34,540 nt of DNA from Ministeria vibrans ATCC 50519 (lineage: Eukaryota; Protista; Filasterea): positions 27,899 through 62,438 of the forward strand of contig CALSCP010001570.1 of the NCBI GenBank assembly GCA_943704425.1. Direction: 5' to 3'. A model generated the notes under the pieces. The model saw only the letters and a program-made list of their open reading frames with translations. It ran no database searches and was not told where the DNA came from. The position numbers and the translations under genes are program-made. Positions within the stretch are counted from its first letter, which is position 1. Each line of letters begins with the position of its first letter. Positions 1 through 17,596 of the stretch are shown here, piece after piece.

Positions 1-4
1 GAGA

Positions 5-135
<131 letters not shown>

Positions 136-196
136 TTTTGTTTCTCCCTCTTCTCTCTCTCCATAACTTGTTTCTTTCTCCCCTCTCTCACTCACC

Positions 197-1372
197 GAAA
201 ATATGCCACGGAAATAACGTCGGAATCAACCGTGAGCTCTCCCGTCTGCCCATTCACTGCACCTCTCTCGGCAATCTCGGCCATGGAGCGACGAATCACC
301 TGCACGCCGTGCTTTTCCCACAGCAGATGTTCCAGCCCTCGCTGGTCAAACGAGTTACGCTCGTTTGGTTGAACCACAAACATAATGCGCACAGCATTCG
401 GTTCAGACTGCAATACACACACAAAAAAAGAAAACAAAACAAAACGCAAAGAAGAAGGAGGAAGTAAATACAAAATCCTTCTCCTCCCTCAAATGTAGTG
501 TACCGCAGAAGTACGCAAGTGATGTTTCAAGTACAGCGAATGCGCATGCGCCATTGCCTCAACCAGTGCCGGTGCCGGCGCATTGTCAGGCATCTGGGCG
601 TCTGTCTTGATCCACCTAGGGCACAGCATGCGGTTGGTTCAGGAGCGTAATCACCGGAGCTCCCCCCCCCTTCCAGCCAAAGATTACCGTGCAACGAGAT
701 AGCGATGGAGCTTGGTCATGATTCCAGCGTGCACAGCAAACGCAGCTGAGATCATGTTCACCTCAACCTACAGTAACAAGCGAAGCAATCAAGCACCATC
801 CCCCCGCCCATGCCAGAACACCGCCAACCTGCTTCGCCACAACATCGTCGCCAGTCTTGTCCAGCATGTAGTCGCACCGAAGAATCATGCACTGCGGTGA
901 TGCGGGCCGGTGGCGGGCGCCATCAGCGATCCTCAGCAGCCTACATGATCACCCTCCCGTTCACTCGCGTCCCCAACGTAATGACAGACACACGTACTGC
1001 TGCAGAAAGGTGTCGTGCTTGGCTGCACGCGCCAGCGCCCCTTTGAGAAAGTCCAGGTCGTTGCTAGTGTGGCGGTGCGTGAGCAGAGAAGAGTGCGCCG
1101 GTTTGATTTCACCTCGCGCGAAACCGAATCTTGTTCACCAGCGGCTGCAGTTTCTCGATTTTCAACCATTCCGAATGCGGAAAGGGGCTCGGCAGCAGCG
1201 TGAGCGGGGCAGCGGAGACATGCGATGCGCGACACTGCTCGTCCGCCGTCTTGGGCGTCATCACCAGGCCGTGTGCAAGCGCGTAGTCCCGTGCCTGGCG
1301 CGCCACCTCCTCCTGGATTCCCCTGTCCAGCGGACTCTCACCAATGAGACCGTTAAAGTGCTCCATCGACAT
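197..1372 (-). CDS. GSS: Glutathione synthetase, eukaryotic type (multi-exon; 3' part lies beyond the left edge)
   Basis: Spliced translation from ATG 1372: MSMEHFNG...DYALAHGLVM...APLTLLPSPFP...NDLDFLKGAL...ILRCDYML...KQ|VEVNMISAAF...MFVVQPNERNSFDQRGLE...ISVAYFR. These match the eukaryotic GSS motifs APxTLxPSxFP, RSDYM, QxExNTIS, ERNxFDQ and YFR. Five exons join in frame through GT-AG introns. The next intron (GTGAGT near 196) runs into the microsatellite at the window edge. Confidence 0.93.
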
Positions 1373-1427
1373 CAGAATTTTGAAACAATTACTCAGAAAA
1401 ATAAAATTGATTGATTTTAATCTTCAC

Positions 1428-7490
<6,063 letters not shown>

Positions 7491-7613
7491 CAGAAAGGTT
7501 GAAAATAAAGACTAAAGTGAAAAATTTGATTATTTTGATTTCTCATTTGATCAAGGATTCACTATTGATTTTTGATTTTTGATTGTCGATCTGTGAAGTG
7601 GAAATTTGTTCAA
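7491..7613. promoter_or_regulatory. Probable bidirectional promoter, EPRS/EXOSC6
   Basis: Only 123 AT-rich bp separate the divergent ATGs; contains repeated TTGATT/TTTTGA words. Confidence 0.6.
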
Positions 7614-8855
<1,242 letters not shown>

Positions 8856-9103
8856 TTTTCCGTGTATGTCAATCCCCCTCCCCCCCAACATATCACTGTT
8901 GTGTGTACTTCAAAAATGAACCATCGAGCGTAATTATTAATGTTGAAGAGTATTGTTGAAATCTGTCAAAGTTGCAATGTACAAACAAAAAAACAAGACT
9001 CGACTATGAAAGACGAGTCAAGTGTGAAGCTCTCTCTCTCTCTCTCTCTCTCTCCGGCTCTCAAAAACACACGCATTCTCTCTCCTCTCACTCTCTATTG
9101 AAA

Positions 9104-11281
9104 TTAGATGATGGACTCATAGGCGGCCGGGTTTTGGATGGGCATGGAAGGACCGGCACCGCTGCCGTGTGCAGAGCCGGTGTACGTAATGTTCTTGAGC
9201 ATGACGGCCTCGGTGCCGGGCGCTGTGGTCCACACGTCCGACGACGGATTCATCACTGACATGAGCGGCTGGTTTGCATTTCGCCCAGTCTTGGGCGAGT
9301 CTGCCAGAACGGCGTTGGTGTGTGCCGCCTCCTCGGCGGCAAAGTCCTCGATGAACGAGCGTGGTCGCTTGCTCTTTCGCTTCTCCGCCGGATCCTTGTA
9401 GCCCTCGGACATGGAATCGAGCGACTCCTCGTCCCACGCTGCCAGCGGCTTGGGCTTGAGGTCCATCCGCGACATGAGTGACATCTCCAAGTTCTGGTCC
9501 TGTGACTTGTTTGGCTGGTAAGAGCCCATTCTAAAGAAGTAAAAAAGAAGAAGGAAAATCATGAGTGACGAATGCTCAGCAAGAATATATTTTTTAAGAG
9601 TTTCGTACGAGTCTCCCTTGCGCTTGTAGGCAATAACGGCAATGAGAATAATGAAAAGAAGCGCTACGACACCAATGATGATGCCGGCAATGGCGCCTCC
9701 GCTGAGGCCCGAGGCCTGGGGCGATGAGCCAGCATCGTTGGCGGACACGACGGCAAACGTACTGAGATGGGTGCAGGTGCAAGTGACGGTGGTCGACGTC
9801 TGTGAGGTGAGAGTGCAACCGGCGGTACTCCAGCGCTGGGTGCTGTAGTCCCAGAAGGAACATTCGGCCTTTTTGCTGCCGGTCACGAGCGAACCGGTGA
9901 CGGCAAAGGTGATAACCGAAGTCTTGCCGGCGGTTGAGTCGGTATTGATGGAGACAACGGAACTGGCGAGGGTCGCGGGGAAGGAAGGGTTCGTCCAAAT
10001 GTTCGTGCTGGGCGACGAAAAGAAGCCAAAGGTCTGACACCCCGTGCCCGAAGCGATGTCTTGGGTGTATTCGATTGAGGTGCCGTCAATGGTGAACGAT
10101 TGCTGCGACGTGGTCGGCGTGGCAGATTCTCCGCGCAAGTCCAACTGGCCGTTGGTTGCTTGCTGCGAGTTGGTTTGCGTGCAAGGAGCAGTGGGCGCGG
10201 CAAAAAGTAGGAGCGAGAGACGTTCGACAATCTCGCCAAACTGGGTACCACCGGCGTTGTTGGCGTTGGCGGTGGTCGACGCAGTGAATGCTGCTGGGTC
10301 CAGCAGCTCACCAATGGTGTTGGTAAGGCTCTGCTGCAATGCTGCATTCGTAGTGAAGCCCGAGAAGTCAAGCATGTTTGTGACCTAAGTGAGACGAAAG
10401 TGCAATGCAACACACCGTGAGTACGGGGAGGGGAAAAAACAAAACTAATTAATAATAATAATTATTCGTACGCATTGCCATGCAAGGGGGATGTCGGCGG
10501 CGGTGAGGTCACCCGGCGAGGACACAAGGGTCTGGAGCTCGGCGGCGTAGGCGGCTGCGTTGGCGGCGGTAACAGTGGTGGTGCTGAGAGCAAGAAGAGC
10601 ATCGTACGTGGCGGAGCCGGAGCCGGTAGGTGACGGCGTGACAAACGCCTGCGTAGTCTCGATGGCGGCGGCAGCCTGAGTGGTCTCAACGACCGCTGCA
10701 GCCTGCGTCGTGGCGACTTCCGCGCCAGCCTGAGACGTTTCGATGGCTGCCGCAGCCTGTGTGGTGTCGGCAACGGCCTGTGTGGTGACAACGGCCTGTG
10801 TGGTGACAACGGCATCAGCGGTGGTAGCAAAAATGCTTGTCGTTTCGACAGCAGCCGCAGCTTGCGTCGTCTCGGCAATGGGCGCCTGTTGCGCGGACGT
10901 CTCGACGACGGCTGCCGCGGTCGATGCGGGAACGACAAAATCGCTGGTCACAGGGTTCACAAAGTCACTGGACGGCACGGCAAAATCGCTTGTGACCGGC
11001 TCTACGACAAAGTCGCTGGTCACCGCAATGTTGGTGACTTCGGGGGCGGCGCTCTGAGAGGCAACAAAGTCACTTGAGGGCGCGATAAAGTCGCTTGTGG
11101 GAACGGCAAAATCGCTCGTGGCCGGACCCATGGTAAACAGATCGGACTCGACACCGGCGGTACCAACAATGTCGGAGGTGACAGGATCAAACCCACCCTG
11201 GGCAGACGCCTGGTGTGCAAACACGGCAAAAAGAGCAAAGAGCACAGCAAAAAGCCCACGCGGTCGTGAACACGCAGACAT
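9104..11281 (-). CDS. Type I single-pass membrane protein: signal peptide, S/T-rich repeats, GAIN/GPS domain, one TM helix, cytoplasmic tail
   Basis: ATG 11281 (MSACSRPRGLFAVLFALFAVFAHQASA, signal-like). TSDF and ETTQA repeats. Introns 10385-10471 and 9531-9608. GPS motif CSFWDYSTQRWSTAGC...TCTCTHLSTFAVV. TM segment GAIAGIIIGVVALLFIILIAVIAY followed by KRK. Tail ends NPAAYESII*. Confidence 0.85.
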
Positions 11282-11965
11282 GCCTGAGAGCCCTTGTCTC
11301 CGGGCGGTTCTCTGAGTTGGTGCAGCGTGCATGTTGAGAGCTGATGCGCGCAAGGAGTTGGTTATTTTCTCGCGGAGTATGACGGGCGGCTGCGACGAAA
11401 GAATGCCGTGCAGCAGAGCAAAAAAAAAACGTTTTAAAAAAAAAAACGAGAAAAAAGTGGGGGATATGCAATGCGACGGGTACGAGTCCGTGTCACAGAA
11501 GAGTATATCCCAACTTCAAGCACAAAACGACAGCGACGAGGGCTGAGAGGCGACGCGAAAGAAGAAGTCTGAAGTTTTTAATTTTTTCACTTTTCAGATT
11601 TCAGATTCTGATCCTATTTTCTAAAAAAAAAAGATCAACCCGAATACGGTTAAATTAGAAGCGACTCTGGATTCGCCCTCCTGCAGATGATCTTCGTCAA
11701 TACCAAAGAGCGTGGGGTGGCAATTGGATCGCATATAAGTAGTAAATGGGGTTTTTCCCCAATGGACTTTTTTTTTTTTTTTTTGCACGCTCTGCATTGT
11801 GATATGATAAAGGAGATAAACATATTTTATTTATTCTCGAGTGTAAACAAAAAACGAGACTCTTCTGACCCGCCAGGATCTTGCTTGCTACTACGCCATC
11901 ACTATCAACCCAACGATTGGTGGCATCCTTGAAGTCCACAGCTCTCTTGCACACCGAGTTTTTCC

Positions 11966-12007
<42 letters not shown>

Positions 12008-12594
12008 GGCATAGCCTTTTCTTTTGCAGAAGAATTTCAGGAGACAGACAAAGGACGTAGGGTAGGGAGTTGGAATGACGGTTGTATTTGTACTGGTATA
12101 CACTATACAGTGCTTTCCGTGTACTCTCGAGGCGTCGTTGGTTCAGAAGGACTCATTGGCGGTTACATATTGCTTATATATGCGACTGAGTATTGAGTCT
12201 AGTGTGGCACACGATTGGAACGGATTGATCATTGGCGAGTGGTATATAAAATATTTGCCCAAGTAGCTCATGCAGTCTCTACAGTCTACTGCTGCTAATG
12301 CAGTCTGCAGTCTGCAGACTGCAGTGAGCACTGCTGCTGCTACTGTCGCTGGTGGTGAGAACTTTCTTTACCTTCCTTGAAGGATTTCTCCCTTTGTTGC
12401 GTTCTGACTATTTTTCGCGTGAGGACCAAAATTATATAAACCTTATTATAACGAATTGTATTCTTCTTCTTCTTCAAATTGTTCTTATTCATGAGATCGA
12501 CTTCGATGTACGAACGTTGAAAACAAAATGATATTTCACAGGATATATTTTCATTTTGAGACTCGCTCTCAATACCTTCTAGTCCTCTTCACAC

Positions 12595-12715
<121 letters not shown>

Positions 12716-12752
12716 GATGCCCGCACACATACTCACGTCAATATGTATAAAC

Positions 12753-14795
12753 TCAAGTACGGTCGGCGCGCCTGCGTCGACGGTCGGTAGAAACTGCGGC
12801 GAGAAAAGGGGCGGGGAAGATTTTAGCGGCGGTAGAGCGAAGGTCGGGAGCATGGAGCAAGCAGATGGCAAGAATGTGAATCTTGTGATTGTTGTCGCCG
12901 TGAGCTGCGTTCAAGGCTTCAAGGCCGTGGCGACGGGCAAAGTCGGCAACGTTTGCAGCGGAGATGAGCAGGGTGGAAAGGAGATCGCGAGTGTGGTAGA
13001 GCACAGGCTGGTTGGCAGGCTCGTCGGTTGTGGCGAGGTCCTCGAGCACCTTGATGGTCATGGCGATGGCGCACGCCTTGACAGCAACGGCCACAAGCTG
13101 CTTGTGGACGTAGCAGAAAGCATGGAGAGCAGCGAGAGCACGACAGCGCGACGTGGGCTCTGAGTGGGAGGAGATGAAATCGACAAGGCACGGGAATGTA
13201 TCGCACTGGAGCACTTGGTCGGCCACGACGGGCACTGGGTGGCGTCCCAGGGCGTAGAGTAGCCCCAGAGCAAATTCGTGCGCTTCGGACGCTTGCTCGT
13301 CGCGGATCATGGCCGTTGCGAGCTCAAGAGTGCCCAGATCGGCAACGGCGCGCGCAGTCTCTATGCTGCTGACAGTGAGGGTCCAGAGTGCGCCTGCAGA
13401 ACATCGTTTCGAAGTCATTGAGCCGCTAGAAAGCATATGGGCAAGACGAGGCAAAGCGCCGGCGGCAACAATGTCGGCACAGAGTGCGGTGATACACGCA
13501 AGGTTCCAGAGAACGCCGACCGCGCGATCCGCGGACGGCAGGTAGGGCGGCTCGATGAGACTAGTGAGGGTCGGGACGGCGCCTGCCTGGTGAATGACCA
13601 ATGCGATTTCTTGGTCAAACGACATGTTGGCCAGAGCGGAGGCAGCGTGCTCGCGGCCGAGTTCGCTGCCGCGTTGGAGGAGGTCGATAAAGAGAGGAAC
13701 GGACCCCTGCCGCACAATCTGGCGCTGGTTGTCGGGCGACTTGAACGCCAGGTTGCGCAAACAGCCGGCTGCCTTTTCGCAGCACTGCATGTGGTCGCTA
13801 CGCAACAGCTGCACAATGTCGGGGATACCACCAAGCTGTCCGATGCGGTCGCGAGCCGTATCACCGAGCGCCATGTTCCAGAGTGCACCAGTCGTGATGA
13901 TTTGCGTCGTGTAGTTGGTCGGTGCTGCGTTGCGCAGCACCTGCAGCAGCACTTCCACAATGCCATGTTCAAACAGACGATCGCGCAGGTCGTCTTCGAG
14001 CGCACCCGTCCACACAGTCGAGAGGACTACGTCGCGCACATACTCCAGACAGTTGAGGCGACGACAGCTTGCGTGACCGACAGGGAGTTGGGGACGCCTG
14101 TCGAGGATGGGCGACTGACTTGACTGGTGCACATTTGTCGCGTCGCGACTGTGAGCGTCGGTGTCGGTGTTGGACGAGGATGAGTGGTCGTTGAGTGCGT
14201 TTTGCAGGAGAAGCAAAAGTCTCTCGGAGGGAACGGGTTGGCCATTCTCAACGAGGACTGCAAGCTCAACGAGTCGGTGACAGCCGTCAAACCGGAGAGC
14301 GTCCGGGATGCCCTCAACGATGGCGCGACCGGCGAGCAGACGTTTGGCAAGAACACTCTACGTGTGTGTGTGTGTGTGTGTGTGTGTCAGTCGAGTCAGG
14401 CGGAGGGGTCGCAAGTTCGCAGTGCGTCGACCAATCAACTTACCACTGAATTGCGTCGTAGCAGCAATACGAGCAGGTTTCGTTCAGTCTGTGCATGATG
14501 TGTGTTGATAAGATCCCGTAGAACCGTCGGTCGACATCCTATTGCGTGACGGTGGACAAAAAGGAAGTGGTTTCGCCATTTCAATTTGTATTGCTCGCAT
14601 CCATGAGAATAACCTACCTCTCGCTACGAGACTGCGATAGACTATGATCGGAATGTAATCGTCACGAAGGCGTTTGAAACGTTGGCACACGTCAACGACT
14701 TGCTTAATGTCTGACAGTGCGCAGAAACTCAAAATGAGCGAAACAATTTCATCGGGAAGGACGTCCATTGTGTACGGCTGCCCGAATCGGCTCAT
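12753..14795 (-). CDS. F-box plus armadillo-repeat protein
   Basis: Exon 1 14795-14618 carries an F-box (MDVLPDEIVSLILSFCALSDIKQVVDVCQRFKRL). Exon 2 is 14538-14444 and exon 3 starts at 14357; both junctions are GT-AG and in frame. About 7-8 ARM repeats (GALWNMA, GGIPDIVQLL, AAGCLRNLA, ASALANMS, GVLWNLA, AGALWTLT). The exact C-terminus is uncertain. Confidence 0.85.
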
Positions 14796-15062
14796 ATGGA
14801 ATCGGCAGCAGCAGAATGAACAAAAAAAAAGTATAAAGATTGATCATTGAAGACAGAGTGGGTGAGTTGAAAGAACCGAACACCTATATTAATAATAATT
14901 ATTTTTTTTGCAAAACTTCTTCTTCACTACTCTTTTACTCTTTTTTGTAGATTGACAAGTCTGAAAACCTAGTTGGTTCAGACTTCCAAAAAAATAAACG
15001 CAAAATTCTACTATTAGTCTACTACTGAATGATGTAAAAAAGAAAAAAAAAACCTGATATAT

Positions 15063-17231
15063 TTAATGGAAAGAACCCTCGAACTCCTCGTTCTCGCCAC
15101 CCTCGATGACACGGGACACCTGTGTCTGCATGGGGCGGTTGTAGTCCTTGAGGTACTTGGTACCGTAGGCCATGCCGTTACGCTTCTCGTTCTCGGAGGC
15201 ACCCTTGCCAACCCAGACAATGACAGCGTAGCCAACGTCGGCGATGAAGACGTCGTTGGAGTCGAGCGATGAGCGCGCAAACTTCTCTTCAGAGAAGACA
15301 AGCTCGCCAGAGGCGTCGCTCAGACGGAACAGCTTCTTGTTGCCGCTCTTGGCCGCCTCGACATCAGAGCCACCTACAGAGATTTATATACAATGTAAAT
15401 ATAAAAAAGAATGATTCTCGGAATCGATGCCTTACCCTCCTCGGCGGTCTTGATGTTCTGGTAGCCACCGAGAGCGTCCCAGAAGATCTTGCCGGCACCC
15501 TCACGGTCGTCCTCCTCGATAACCTCAACGATGGACTTGCCACCGCGTTCCTCGTCAATGTTGCGAACAGTCGAAGCGGCCTTCATGCGCTCAAAGTTGT
15601 TGGAATCCTTTCCGTTAAGTTGGATAATCTTCATGCCCTGGTCAAGGACAAAGACATCACCGCTGTTGAGGGACTCGGCCTTTCGGTCCACCTGACGGAT
15701 GACCACGTTCTTGCCCTTGCCCTTGAGCTGGAGCAGACGGGGCTCGTACTCGGTCGGCTTGACGTGACGGAAGCCAGACTCGCCACCACCCTATAGACAC
15801 ACACACAAAAATGAGTACATTGTACTCTTTTTCTTTTTGACCGTTGATCGGGTTGTGATACCTGCATGATCTCAATGGTCTTGAAGTAGGAGAGGAACTT
15901 CGCGCTCTCGTTGCCCTGCACCTCACGATGCTGGACGGGGTCACCGCGACCACTGATGGTGATGAGATCGTCGAGCTCGACGGTCTTGTAGGCAGCAGTG
16001 CCGTACTCATCCTGAGACGACTCCAGGCCGATCCAGAAATGGAGGTCGTGGAGGAGCTTGGGGGCATCGGGCTTCTTGTAGGTTTTGAGGATAATGTACG
16101 AGTCACCGTCGAAGAACTTGCCGTAGTCCTGCTTGGGCCAAGCGACCACCTTGAACTTCTCAATGCGCCAGATGAGGATGCCGACCTCGTCACCAGCACC
16201 AGTCCAGGCGGACTCCGTCTGGGCAGCCTTGAGACGCTGTGCCTTGTCATCAGCTCCACCGATGAACTCTGTCGCGGTGGAGAAAAGAACAAAAAAAAAA
16301 ATAAAAAAAGAATAAAAATGATGAGAAACAGACAATGGGATATGTGGCAAGGATCGATTGCTATCACAACTATCCAGCGAGAGAATTGGAGACGGAGTAT
16401 GCCAGGAAATGACTGAGGACACACTCAAGTTGTGCGTTTTTTTTTTGTCCCTTTCCGCTTCTTTTTTTTTTCTCCATAATAAACCATCAAAACCACTGAT
16501 GAATTGAGAATAGCTAGCGTCGAACAAAAGAGACGACGCAACTCAAGGCAAATCATCAGACAGGTGGAAGTGCAGCGGGGCGGCAAACAGCCGACGGAAA
16601 GTGGCGCGTAGCCCAATGTTTGGGTTGTGATCTTTTTTTTTTTTTTTTTTTTTTTTTGCCGGGCGCGGCGGTCAGATCGGGCTATTGCCGGCGAAATCGG
16701 AAGGCTCTGGGGGCTTGAGTGGTAAGGTTGCGGACGAAGAGGTCCGGGGGTCAGCATGCAAGGGGCGCAGGGGCGCTAATGGCGTCCTGGCTACCGGCGA
16801 AACGGGCTGTCGAATGACAGACGACCAACGCATAGAGAGAGGGCGGCCGCCCAGCATTACGCTCATCGAGGCGCGTGTGCACGTATAAGTGAGTGGGCAA
16901 TGAGAGTAGAGTGCGAAGAGCAGCGAAAAGTCGCAGCAGAAGCGAAGAGTTTGGAAAGTTTTTTTCCCAACCAGAAACGTAAGCGGAGAGGGATTTCCAG
17001 GCATGAATCGGCGTGCGCACCGACCTCTCAGAGGGTCTCTTGCCGATTTCGTTCCGATGGACGCGAGCGCGCGAGCGTGCAGAGAGCGGCAAACGCGAGC
17101 AAACGCAAATTGTTTCACCAAACTTGTGACGTGAACTTTTTTTCTTCTTTTTTTGGAACACGATAAAAAAGAAGTTCACAAGACTTACCCACGTTGGAGT
17201 CCTCGAGATCGAACTTCTTAGCCTTCTGCAT
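15063..17231 (-). CDS. Three-domain gelsolin-family actin-severing protein (severin/fragmin-like)
   Basis: ATG 17231 (MQKAKKFDLEDSNV|EFIGG; intron 16269-17188). G1: IWRIEKFKVVAWPKQDYGKFFDGDSYIIL...SSQDEYGTAAYKTVELDD...QHREVQGNES. G2: GGESGFRHV...SLNSGDVFVLD. G3: LFRLSDASG...LDSNDVFIAD...WVGKGAS. TAA at 15065-15063. Confidence 0.93.
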
Positions 17232-17596
17232 GTTGATTTGAGTGTTTTTTTAGGGGGGGTGTGTTGAAAGAGAGAGAAAAAAAGAGGACTAATTAATTGA
17301 CTTGGAAGTGAAGTTCATCACGATTTCATTCGATCTCTGCTGACAGAGTGGCGCCCGAGTGACGCCTTCAACGCAAAGTTGCAAACGATATGAGATGCAT
17401 AAAAAGTGCTGGGTGTGTTCCTCCTGAGGCCTATTCGCTTTTCGTGACTTTTTTTTTGTTTTTAATACTGTACAAACTTTATTCGTTTCGGTAATTCGGT
17501 TACACTCTCTTCTTGCCCTTCCTCTCTCTCTGATTGCGGGTAGCACCAGCTCGTCGCCGTGACATCGTGGCAGATTAAACTTCCTTGTTCTTTTCC

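Noticed and set aside
11966-12005. Long poly-T run as a retroelement tail
   Set aside because: No target-site duplication or element body is visible, and homopolymer runs are common throughout the window.
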